A stretch of DNA of 64,000 nucleotides from Heterodontus francisci. Its lineage: Eukaryota. The DNA lies in assembly GCF_036365525.1 (NCBI RefSeq), contig NC_090396.1, forward strand, positions 24,156,283-24,220,282. The letters run 5' to 3'. Shown here piece by piece: positions 63,553-64,000 of this stretch (position 1 is its first letter; each line of letters begins with the position of its first letter). A model generated the notes under the pieces. That model saw nothing but the letters and a program-made list of their open reading frames with translations. It searched no databases and was not told where the DNA came from. The translations under genes and the position numbers were made by a program.

Positions 63553-64000
63553 TAGGTGCTAAATTGATTCTCGCCCGAAGACGGGCATGGGGATCGCATG
63601 CCTATTCTGTACAATGCAGGCAGCAAGCCATCTTTGTGCTATCCATTCAGTATAATGATTGCTGCATGCTGCCAGCACTAACTGCATTGTTCATTGGCTG
63701 CACACATCAGCAGGGGGCACAATATTAATACTTGCTAGTGCTACTTAAAGCTAGCTCTTCAAGAGAATGTTCATTGTGGCTGCTGGAGGTGCTGAGATCA
63801 TTCGGAATAGTACTGTGCACGAAAGAACAATGGCTGACCATGGGAAAGAGGATGCACGAAAATTTTCTGAAGCTGTACGAGAGATCTTGGTGGAGAAGAT
63901 GGAAAGGAGGAGAGATGTTCTGTGTCTGCACGGAGGCCAGGAGGACTACCAGACACGCAGTGAGGAGGCAGTGGGAACAGATAGTAGCGGAGGTAAATGC
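63553..64000 (+). mobile_element. Harbinger-type element with a Myb/SANT exon, running off the window end
   Basis: From ~63830 it reads MADHGKEDARKFSEAVREILVEKMERRRDVL.., then after a frameshift ARRTTRHAVRRQWEQIVAEVN. Confidence 0.65.

Noticed and set aside
63707-63720. CTCF-like tcagcagggggcac, plus weaker matches near 21727 and 26117
   Set aside because: Single imperfect matches are expected by chance in 64 kb and nothing else supports them.

Overview
This is repeat-dominated vertebrate intergenic or intronic DNA. The repeat set points to a cartilaginous fish (shark or ray): HER1/CR1 LINEs, HE1-like V-SINEs, SacSINE1-like DeuSINEs, L2, Tx1, Penelope-like termini and GC-rich Harbinger-type elements. 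I found no host protein-coding gene, rRNA, tRNA gene or CRISPR array that I can support. All recognisable long ORFs are pieces of disrupted retrotransposon or transposon genes. The main points of interest are: (1) a ~5 kb Tx1-clade retrotransposon with a 14-bp TSD, inserted at the poly(A) tail of an older relative and carrying a template-switch-like duplication of its own 3' region at its 5' end; (2) a ~98%-identical 0.52-kb inverted duplication whose spacer holds a 61-bp copy of nearby sequence; (3) two copies of an unclassified element carrying a strong CTCF motif inside a terminal 13-bp hairpin; (4) several Harbinger-type elements that keep only the Myb/SANT exon; (5) degenerate hammerhead ribozyme cores in Penelope-like termini. 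I do not see convincing evidence of a wholly new biological system. Family names come from recalled motifs, not from database searches, and the boundaries of old repeats are approximate.
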